NCBI RefSeq assembly: GCF_003334315.1
Contig: NZ_QOWR01000082.1
Origin: Escherichia coli
GTDB lineage: Bacteria > Pseudomonadota > Gammaproteobacteria > Enterobacterales > Enterobacteriaceae
DNA: 13,470 bases
Direction: 5' to 3' (one strand)
A model generated the notes under the pieces. That model ran no database searches, was not told where the DNA came from, and saw nothing but the letters and a program-made list of their open reading frames with translations. Position numbers and translations under genes: made by a program. Positions 1-9,261 of this stretch are shown here, in pieces. Position 1 is the stretch's first letter. Every line of letters begins with the position of its first letter.

Positions 1-149
1 GGTTGAGAAGCGGTGTAAGTGAACTGCAGTTGCCATGTTTTACGGCAGTGAGAGCAGAGATAGCGCTGATGTCCGGCGGTGCTTTTGCCGTTACGCACCA
101 CCCCGTCAGTAGCTGAACAGGAGGGACAGCTGATAGAAACAGAAGCCAC
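1..149 (-). CDS. insA: InsA (IS1 transposition regulator), N-terminal part; CDS runs off the window
   Basis: Minus-strand GTG at 149..147 followed by codons for [49 protein letters not shown], the known InsA N-terminus with its zinc-finger CxxC...CxxC. Not in the ORF track because it has no stop inside the window. Confidence 0.85.
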   Translation of the reverse strand, partial: MASVSISCPSCSATDGVVRNGKSTAGHQRYLCSHCRKTWQLQFTYTASQ

Positions 150-204
150 TGGAGCACCTCAAAAACACCATCATACACTAAATCAGTAAGTTGGCATCAT
201 CACC
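1..204 (-). mobile_element. IS1: IS1 insertion sequence, left-end 204 bp; the element continues beyond the window start
   Basis: Reverse complement of 1..204 reads ggtgatgatgccaacttactgatttagtgtatgatggtgtttttgaggtgctccagtggcttctgtttc..., matching the IS1 terminal inverted repeat and 5' region as I recall them (one mismatch in the IR). The element boundary at 204/205 abuts yafO codon 20. Confidence 0.9.
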
Positions 205-264
205 CGCATCAAGTTCCTCTGCTGTAAGTTGCAGGCGAATAAGTTTTGTTTTGAATACCCGCAT
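205..264 (-). pseudogene. yafO: yafO (toxin of the yafN-yafO module), 5' remnant of 20 native codons interrupted by IS1
   Basis: Minus-strand ATG at 264..262, two nt after the yafN stop, encodes MRVFKTKLIRLQLTAEELDA, which matches the YafO N-terminus. The frame then enters the IS1 inverted repeat (GDDANLLI) and stops at 177..175. Confidence 0.8.
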
Positions 265-266
265 CC

Positions 267-560
267 TTATTCCTTAAAGTCATTGAAATCATCATCCGTC
301 ATATCATTAAGATATTTTTCAGCTCGGCGTGTAATTTCCTCTAATCTTGCAGCACTTGGACGGAAGCGCGCCTTTATGGGCTTTTTCTCCTCTTGTTCAG
401 CAAGCATGTCCATTAACGCTTCGAATGCGCTGGCACTTAAGAGATATCCTGCGGGGCGATTATTAGAAAGAACCGCAACCGGTTGATCAATAAAGTATTT
501 AGCTGGGTTTTTACGTAACTCAGTAATATTGACCGATTTTTCAGCGAGAATTCGATGCAT
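267..560 (-). CDS. yafN: YafN antitoxin (Phd/YefM-like), 97 aa
   Basis: The 97-aa ORF MHRILAEKSVNITELRKNPAKYF... matches K-12 YafN in length and sequence; ATG start at 560..558; sits 51 bp downstream of dinB on the same strand. Confidence 0.93.
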   Translation of the reverse strand: MHRILAEKSVNITELRKNPAKYFIDQPVAVLSNNRPAGYLLSASAFEALMDMLAEQEEKKPIKARFRPSAARLEEITRRAEKYLNDMTDDDFNDFKE

Positions 561-611
561 GCAGTGATCCCCTCATAATAATGCACACCAGAATAGACAT
601 AATAGTATACA

Positions 612-1667
612 TCATAATCCCAGCACCAGTTGTCTTTCCATTTGCGGATCAAGCAACGTCACATGCAGCCCCACCAGTCGCACACCGCGCCCGCCGCGGC
701 GTTCATCCCAGGTTTTACGCGCGGTGGCGATTAAGTCAGCTTTATTCAGCCGCGGCCAGACGTGCTCCTGAGTGGTTTGCTGAAAATCGTCGAACTTTAA
801 TTTCACCCCCTGGCGGGCAATCAGTAAATCAGGTTTTACCTTTGCCAGACGGCGTTCAAGTTCCGGATACAGCCGCTCGATAATCGCTTCACATTCAGAC
901 CAGTGGTGGATATCTTCCGCCATCGTGCGTTCCACGCCGACGGATTTTCGCAACCGTTCGCTGTTAACGTCGCGCTCGTCAATCCCCTGACTACGCTCCC
1001 ACAAAATGCGGCCAAATTTGCCAAAGCGTTTAAGCAGCATCACCAGATCACACTTTTGTACATCACCGCAGGTTCGTAGCCCCATCGCTTCCAGTTTTGC
1101 CGCCGAGACTTTGCCGACGCCGGGGATTTTTGCCAGTGGTAAGGTTTGTAAAAATGCCGGAACTTCTGCCGGCGTAATCACAAACTGGCCGTTGGGTTTA
1201 TTCATGTCGGAGGCGATTTTGGCGAGAAACTTTACGGGTGCCACGCCCGCAGACGCCGTCAGTTGCAGCTCGTTGAAAATCGTCTGGCGGATTTCCTGGG
1301 CGATGAGGGTCGCAGAACCGTGGCAATGGACGCTATCGGTGACGTCGAGATAAGCCTCATCCAGTGACAACGGTTCAATACGCGAGGTGTAGCGCGAGAA
1401 GATTTCGCGGATATGATTTGAGGCTTCTTTGTAGGCGTCAAAGCGCCCCGGAAGCAAGGTGAGATGCGGGCATAATTTGAGCGCCATCCCTGTCGGCATA
1501 GCGCTACGTACGCCAAATTTACGCGCGGGATAATTGGCGGTGCTGATCACCCCCCGACGTTCGCGGCTGCCGCCAATAGCAATAGGGATATCGCGCAGGG
1601 CGGGATTGTCGCGCATCTCCACTGCGGCGAAAAAGCAGTCCATATCCACATGAATGATTTTACGCAT
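612..1667 (-). CDS. dinB: DNA polymerase IV (Y-family translesion polymerase), 351 aa
   Basis: The 351-aa [36 protein letters not shown]... carries the Y-family catalytic motif ([10 protein letters not shown]) and matches DinB in length; ATG at 1667..1665 preceded by a GAGGTG Shine-Dalgarno. Confidence 0.97.
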
Positions 1668-1681
1668 TACTCACCTCTCAA

Positions 1682-1701
1682 CACTGGTAAAGTATACAGT
1701 G
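1682..1701. promoter_or_regulatory. LexA operator (SOS box) of dinB
   Basis: cactggtaaagtatacagtg, whose reverse complement is CACTGTATACTTTACCAGTG (CTGT-N8-CCAG, one mismatch to the CTGT-N8-ACAG consensus), lies about 15-35 bp upstream of the dinB start. Confidence 0.8.
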
Positions 1702-1737
1702 ATTTCAGGGTTTGAGAAATGCGTAAAGATTCAGCAT

Positions 1738-2467
1738 TTAGCGCGTTCGCTGCGAAAGCACCTGCTGCTTATCCAGCTTTTGCACCAGCGGCTGCACCAC
1801 TTTATCCCCATGCTGACCAAAGTATTGATACAGCGTATCGGACGCACTTTTGGTCAGCACCATAATCTCGATGCGCCGATTACCCGCACTTTGCGGATTC
1901 TTCGCGTCCAGCAGCATCTGGTCCGCCATTGCGCTTACCTGCATCACTTTATCTTCCGGCATTCCGGCCTCTTCCAGCACCCGACGAGCCGAAAGCGCGC
2001 GGTCACCCGAAAGGTTCCAGTTGTTGTAGATATTGTTTTTGTAGGCCATCGCATCGGTATGCCCGGTAATAATAATTTTATTATCGAGCGAGTCGAACAC
2101 TGGCGCGAGCTCCACCAGCAGCGTTTTAAAGAACGGCATAATCTTCGCGCTGCCGCGTTCAAACATATTGCGGTTCTGGTCATCTTTAATCAGCACGCGC
2201 AATCCCTGGGGAACAATCTCCATCTCCAGATTCGCTTCCATATGCGCATCACGGGCAATGGTGTTGATACTGGTTGCCAGCTCGCCAAGCTCGGTGGCGG
2301 ATTTCTTCTTCAGCAGCGCTGTTTTCTCGTTGACGTCTCGCGCTTTTTTCTCCGTCTCTTCCGGCACCGCCACGGTGGCAGGTTTTGGCGGATGAGACGG
2401 GCTGATTTTATTTAACGGCGACAATCCGCCGCCACTGAAAATCGACTGCCCGTGCAGCGCGGCGATA
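1738..2467 (-). pseudogene. lafU: lafU (mbhA), 5'-truncated MotB-like gene of the lateral flagellar (Flag-2) system; upstream boundary approximate
   Basis: The minus ORF 1738..2628 contains a MotB/OmpA-like C-terminal domain (LRVLIKDDQNRNMFERGS...IIITGHTDAMAYKNNIYNNWNLSGDRALSARRVL) but no N-terminal transmembrane helix. Its first ~50 codons are antisense lfhA sequence, so the real remnant starts somewhere around 2450-2490. Confidence 0.75.
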
Positions 2468-4207
<1,740 letters not shown>

Positions 4208-4230
4208 GTATCCAGCATTGGTGCACAACT

Positions 4231-4418
4231 GCCGGATGCGGCGTGAACGCCTTATCCGTCCTACCGTTCAGGCACAAGTTTGTAGGCATGATAAGACGCG
4301 CCAGCGTCGCATCAGGCATCTGCGCATAACTGCCGGATGCGGCATAAACGCCTTATCCGGCCTACCGATCCGGCACAAGTTTGTAGGCATGATAAGACGC
4401 GCTAGCGTCGCATCAGGC
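4231..4418. repeat. BIME: four REP (repetitive extragenic palindrome) units in alternating orientation
   Basis: gccggatgcggcgtgaacgccttatccgtcctac (4231-4264), tgtaggcatgataagacgcgccagcgtcgcatcaggc (4281-4317), gccggatgcggcataaacgccttatccggcctac (4332-4365), tgtaggcatgataagacgcgctagcgtcgcatcaggc (4382-4418). Confidence 0.85.
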
Positions 4419-4430
4419 ATCTGCGCACAA

Positions 4431-4928
4431 TTATGAAATGATACGCTCCCCGGCACTAAAATCCGTTACGTCCCCCGCCCAATCGATGGGATATAACCCT
4501 CGCGCGACATCGCGATGGAACGTTGAGAATGGCCAATCACTCACTTGCTTTACCCAACCATGCTTTACTGGATTTATATAAATATAATCAACATGATGCC
4601 TATAATCTTTGGTATTGCGGATGGCGTGCTCCCAAAAACGTGGTTGCCAGATATTTTTCAATCCACAAGCATGGGTAAATTGCTTTTTAATTTCCCGCCA
4701 GCGCGAGGAAAAATCATCATCGCCTTCAGGTAATGTCCAGATACAGTGCATATGCTCTGGCAAAACGACCCAGGCGTTGATTTCAAAAGGCCTGTCTCGC
4801 TTAACTTTAATAATGGCGTGACGGAGCATCTGGTACTGGGTGGTCAAGAGTTGGCTTCGACGATTGCGTAAATTCACCGTGAAAAACCAGGTTCCCCCCT
4901 TGATGTAATAACGACGATATTCAGACAT
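4431..4928 (-). CDS. rayT: RayT (YafM), REP-associated tyrosine transposase of the HuH / IS200-IS605 TnpA-like family, 165 aa
   Basis: The 165-aa ORF has the HuH motif (PEHMHCIW) and a C-terminal tyrosine region (YRHHVDYIYINPVKHGW); ATG at 4928..4926; REP clusters lie on both sides. Confidence 0.92.
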   Translation of the reverse strand: MSEYRRYYIKGGTWFFTVNLRNRRSQLLTTQYQMLRHAIIKVKRDRPFEINAWVVLPEHMHCIWTLPEGDDDFSSRWREIKKQFTHACGLKNIWQPRFWEHAIRNTKDYRHHVDYIYINPVKHGWVKQVSDWPFSTFHRDVARGLYPIDWAGDVTDFSAGERIIS

Positions 4929-5022
4929 GGCGACTCCTTTTTCTCAACGGTAAGAAGAAAAGGAAAGGTCGGCAATGAGGTGATGGAATAACAGGAAAGC
5001 GGCTCGCAAAAACGCACAGATT

Positions 5023-5853
<831 letters not shown>

Positions 5854-6030
5854 TCTCAATAATGGCTGGTCATGCATTGATGTTACAGTGTATCCCGGCC
5901 CGTACCTGAACAAACTTAATAAACCATTATTATAAAATTAATAAATATATTTCAGTTAATTATGTAAAAACATCCGTTTATTAAATTACTCATGGATTGT
6001 CGCTGTTGCTCATTTGAGCTACAATTCAAG

Positions 6031-6046
6031 CTGAATAAATATACAG
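6031..6046. promoter_or_regulatory. LexA operator (SOS box) upstream of dinJ-yafQ
   Basis: ctgaataaatatacag (CTGA-N8-ACAG, one mismatch to consensus) lies 17 bp upstream of the dinJ ATG, in an AT-rich divergent promoter region shared with yafL. Confidence 0.7.
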
Positions 6047-6062
6047 CACAGGAGATCCCCCA

Positions 6063-6323
6063 ATGGCTGCTAACGCGTTTGTTCGCGCCCGAATCGATGA
6101 AGATCTGAAGAATCAGGCGGCGGACGTACTGGCCGGGATGGGGCTGACCATCTCTGACCTGGTTCGCATAACCCTCACAAAGGTCGCGCGTGAAAAGGCA
6201 TTGCCGTTTGATTTACGCGAGCCTAATCAATTAACCATTCAATCAATCAAAAACAGCGAAGCTGGCGTTGATGTTCATAAGGCCAAAGACGCCGATGATT
6301 TATTTGATAAATTAGGAATTTAA
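6063..6323 (+). CDS. dinJ: DinJ antitoxin (RHH/RelB-like), 86 aa
   Basis: The 86-aa ORF MAANAFVRARIDEDLKNQAADVLAGMGLTISDLVRITLTKVAREKALPF... is preceded by an AGGAG Shine-Dalgarno; its stop is 2 nt before the yafQ ATG. Confidence 0.95.
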   Translation: MAANAFVRARIDEDLKNQAADVLAGMGLTISDLVRITLTKVAREKALPFDLREPNQLTIQSIKNSEAGVDVHKAKDADDLFDKLGI

Positions 6324-6325
6324 AT

Positions 6326-6604
6326 ATGATTCAAAGGGATATTGAATACTCGGGACAATTTTCAAAGGATGTAAAACTTGCACAAAAGCGTCATAAGGAT
6401 ATGAATAAATTGAAATATCTTATGACGCTTCTTATCAATAATGCTTTACCGCTTCCAGCTGTTTATAAAGACCACCCGCTGCAAGGTTCATGGAAAGGTT
6501 ATCGCGATGCTCATGTCGAACCGGACTGGATCCTGATTTACAAACTTACCGATAAACTTTTACGATTTGAGAGAACTGGAACTCACGCGGCGCTCTTTGG
6601 GTAA
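6326..6604 (+). CDS. yafQ: YafQ toxin (RelE-family ribosome-dependent mRNA endoribonuclease), 92 aa
   Basis: The 92-aa ORF MIQRDIEYSGQFSKDVKLAQKRHKD... is translationally coupled to dinJ (taaatATG). Confidence 0.95.
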   Translation: MIQRDIEYSGQFSKDVKLAQKRHKDMNKLKYLMTLLINNALPLPAVYKDHPLQGSWKGYRDAHVEPDWILIYKLTDKLLRFERTGTHAALFG

Positions 6605-6759
6605 AGCACGCTGCCGATGAAATTTGTAAACCCTGCGCCGACAGGCTTGCGTAAAACTCTTTTGGTGATAATGTGAGCCTTCCAAATCCAGACTATTCCG
6701 ATTTGGGATCTATTTTGCCGTCCTGGCGTGTGTAACCGTTTTATCAAGGAATAAGCAGT

Positions 6760-7500
6760 ATGCGTAAAATCGCATTAATTCTTGCGATGTTGTTGATCCC
6801 GTGCGTTTCGTTTGCCGGTTTGCTGGGCAGCAGTAGCTCGACCACGCCAGTGAGCAAAGAGTATAAGCAGCAGTTGATGGGATCCCCTGTCTACATCCAG
6901 ATCTTCAAGGAAGAACGTACGCTCGATCTCTACGTCAAAATGGGCGAGCAATATCAACTGCTCGACAGCTATAAAATCTGTAAATATTCCGGCGGCTTAG
7001 GGCCAAAACAGCGTCAGGGCGATTTCAAAAGCCCGGAAGGGTTTTATAGCGTCCAGCGTAATCAGTTAAAACCAGACAGCCGTTACTACAAAGCGATTAA
7101 TATTGGTTTCCCCAATGCCTATGACCGTGCGCATGGTTATGAAGGGAAATACCTGATGATCCACGGCGATTGTGTTTCCATCGGCTGCTACGCAATGACC
7201 AATCAGGGTATTGATGAGATATTCCAGTTCGTTACTGGTGCGCTGGTGTTTGGTCAGCCGAGCGTGCAAGTGAGTATTTACCCGTTCCGCATGACCGACG
7301 CCAATATGAAGCGCCATAAATATTCCAACTTTAAGGACTTCTGGGAGCAGCTGAAGCCGGGTTACGACTACTTTGAGCAAACCCGTAAGCCACCAACCGT
7401 TTCTGTGGTCAATGGTCGTTACGTGGTCAGCAAGCCGTTAAGCCACGAAGTTGTGCAGCCACAACTGGCATCAAACTACACGCTCCCCGAGGCAAAATAA
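6760..7500 (+). CDS. yafK: YafK (DpaA/LdtF), YkuD-fold L,D-transpeptidase-like periplasmic protein, 246 aa
   Basis: Signal peptide [19 protein letters not shown] followed by a YkuD-like catalytic region ([18 protein letters not shown] with a conserved Cys); AAGGA Shine-Dalgarno upstream of ATG 6760. Confidence 0.92.
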   Translation: MRKIALILAMLLIPCVSFAGLLGSSSSTTPVSKEYKQQLMGSPVYIQIFKEERTLDLYVKMGEQYQLLDSYKICKYSGGLGPKQRQGDFKSPEGFYSVQRNQLKPDSRYYKAINIGFPNAYDRAHGYEGKYLMIHGDCVSIGCYAMTNQGIDEIFQFVTGALVFGQPSVQVSIYPFRMTDANMKRHKYSNFKDFWEQLKPGYDYFEQTRKPPTVSVVNGRYVVSKPLSHEVVQPQLASNYTLPEAK

Positions 7501-8238
7501 GCGCCATTCGCCTGGCATAATCTTTTGCCAGGTTTCATTGCCCGTCAGCGGCTGTGTTGCAATCACCGTGACCACATCATTCGGTGTGGTCTGCGAGCTG
7601 AAGTCGATTTCCACATCCTGATCCAGCAACGTTGCCACGCCAAACGGCGCGCGGCGGGTGATCCAGTGTAAATTAGTCGAGCAATACGCCATTACATAGC
7701 GACCGTCCGAAAGCAGCATGTTGAAAACGCCCTTCGCCCGCAGTTCATCCGCCAGTGAGGCGATATATTTAAACACTGCCGCCATGTTGCCCGGCGTGCG
7801 CGGGTAACGCTGCGTTAATTTATGCAGGAGCCAGCAAAAGGCTTTTTCGCTGTCGGTTTCGCCTACCGGGCGGAAGTTGCCGGTTTCCAGTGATTTGTAG
7901 CCCGTCAGTTGTCCGTTATGGGCATAAGTCCAGTTACGCCCCCATAACTCGCGGGTAAATGGGTGAGTATTTTCCAGCGCCACCTCGCCCCGATTAGCCT
8001 GGCGAATATGAGCCACCACCGAACAGGATTTTATCGGGTAGTCCTGGACAAGTTTGGCGATGGGGGAATTAAAGCTGGGTTGTGGATCTTTAAATGTGCG
8101 ACAGCCTTTACCTTCGTAAAAGGTAATGCCCCAGCCATCTTTATGTGGCCCGGTTCCACCACCACGCTGTACAAGCCCGGTGAAACTAAAGCAGATATCG
8201 GTAGGGACGTTGGCGCTCATCCCGAGCAATTCGCACAT
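7471..8238 (-). CDS. yafJ: YafJ, class II (Ntn-type) glutamine amidotransferase-like protein, 255 aa
   Basis: Starts [19 protein letters not shown]: a Cys at position 2 after Met is the hallmark of Ntn class II GATases. GGAGG Shine-Dalgarno 7 nt upstream of ATG 8238..8236; the track ORF is extended 5 codons by a TTG. Confidence 0.9.
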   Translation of the reverse strand: MCELLGMSANVPTDICFSFTGLVQRGGGTGPHKDGWGITFYEGKGCRTFKDPQPSFNSPIAKLVQDYPIKSCSVVAHIRQANRGEVALENTHPFTRELWGRNWTYAHNGQLTGYKSLETGNFRPVGETDSEKAFCWLLHKLTQRYPRTPGNMAAVFKYIASLADELRAKGVFNMLLSDGRYVMAYCSTNLHWITRRAPFGVATLLDQDVEIDFSSQTTPNDVVTVIATQPLTGNETWQKIMPGEWRLFCLGERVV

Positions 8239-8302
8239 GGGTAACCTCCACAACAGCGGGAGCGCATGGCCCCCGGCGAAGATTGATTTAAGAATTTTCA
8301 GG

Positions 8303-8436
8303 TCGGATGCGGCGTGAACGCATTATTCGGCCTACGGTTCGCGTACAGATTTGTAGGCATGATAAGACGCGTCAGCGTCGCATCAGGCATCAGCGCACAA
8401 ATGCCGGATGCGGCGTAAACGTCTTATCCGGCCTAC
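8303..8436. repeat. BIME: three REP units between gmhA and yafJ
   Basis: tcggatgcggcgtgaacgcattattcggcctac (8303-8335), tgtaggcatgataagacgcgtcagcgtcgcatcaggc (8352-8388), gccggatgcggcgtaaacgtcttatccggcctac (8403-8436). Confidence 0.85.
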
Positions 8437-8443
8437 GCCAGAC

Positions 8444-9022
8444 TTACTTAACCATCTCTTTTTCAATCAACTGGATCAGGATATGGATCACTTTAATGTG
8501 AATCTCCTGAATGCGGTCGGCATAACCAAAGTGCGGTACGCGAATTTCGATATCCGCCGTGCCAGCCATTTTGCCGCCGTCTTTACCGGTCAGGGTGATC
8601 ACTTTCATTCCCTTCTCACGCGCCGCTGCGATCGCTTTGATCACGTTTGCAGAGTTACCGGAGGTGGAGATCCCCAGCAGTACATCGCCTTCGCGACCTA
8701 CCGCTTCAACGTAGCGGGAGAAAATATCATTGAAACCGAAATCATTACCGACGCAGGAAATATGACTAACGTCAGAAATAGCAATCGCCGGGTAGCCCGG
8801 ACGGTTTTCACGGTAGCGACCGGTCAACTCTTCGGCAAAGTGCATAGCGTCGCAATGGGAACCGCCGTTGCCGCAGGAAAGCACTTTGCCACCGGCTTTA
8901 AAGCTGTCTGCTAACAGGACCGCCGCGCGCTGAATGGCGTGAATATTGGCGTCATCTTTTAAAAAGTTAGCCAGCGTTTCCGCCGCTTCGTTCAGTTCGT
9001 TACGAATAAGATCCTGGTACAT
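8444..9022 (-). CDS. gmhA: GmhA (LpcA), sedoheptulose-7-phosphate isomerase (SIS domain), 192 aa
   Basis: [20 protein letters not shown]...[18 protein letters not shown] matches GmhA; ATG at 9022..9020 with an AAGGA Shine-Dalgarno. The track ORF is extended 11 codons from an upstream TTG. Confidence 0.95.
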
Positions 9023-9223
9023 GAGGATATCCTTCAGCATAAATGTAATAGACAAAATGCAGTGTACCGGATACCGCCAAAAGCGAGAAGTACGGGCAGG
9101 TGCTATGACCAGGACTTTTTGACCTGAAGTGCGGATAAAAACAGCAACAATGTGAGCTTTGTTGTAATTATATTGTAAACATATTGCTAAATGTTTTTAC
9201 ATCCACTACAACCATATCATCAC

Positions 9224-9240
9224 AAGTGGTCAGACCTCCT
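9224..9240. promoter_or_regulatory. FadR operator in the fadE promoter
   Basis: aagtggtcagacctcct contains the TGGTCnGACCT core of FadR operators and lies about 25-40 bp upstream of the fadE ATG. Confidence 0.65.
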
Positions 9241-9261
9241 ACAAGTAAGGGGCTTTTCGTT

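Noticed and set aside
1654-2415. 253-aa plus-strand ORF between dinB and lfhA
   Set aside because: It lies entirely antisense to the lafU remnant, has an Arg/His/Leu-rich low-complexity composition typical of antisense frames of GC-rich coding DNA, has no Shine-Dalgarno, and shows no recognisable domain.
4231-4418. Regularly repeated ~35-bp units that could suggest a CRISPR array
   Set aside because: The units are palindromic REP elements in alternating orientation with irregular short linkers and no unique spacers of uniform length; there is no leader and no cas gene.
5854-5913. 20-codon upstream extension of yafL (269 aa from TTG 5913)
   Set aside because: It has a TTG start with no Shine-Dalgarno, and the signal-peptide-like sequence begins at the internal Met. 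The exact start remains somewhat uncertain (ATG 5877 is an alternative).
6672-6700. Possible terminator hairpin after yafQ (ccaaatc ... gatttgg)
   Set aside because: The 7-bp stem has an 11-nt loop and a weak, interrupted T-tract, so it is not strong enough to call as a terminator.
8408-8914. 168-aa plus-strand ORF
   Set aside because: It is antisense to gmhA over its whole length and begins inside a REP element; no independent coding signal.
9184-9261. 26-codon N-terminal extension of fadE in the track ORF (840 aa)
   Set aside because: The extension would place the FadR operator inside the coding sequence. The ATG at 9262 yields the canonical hydrophobic N-terminus and the expected 814-aa length.
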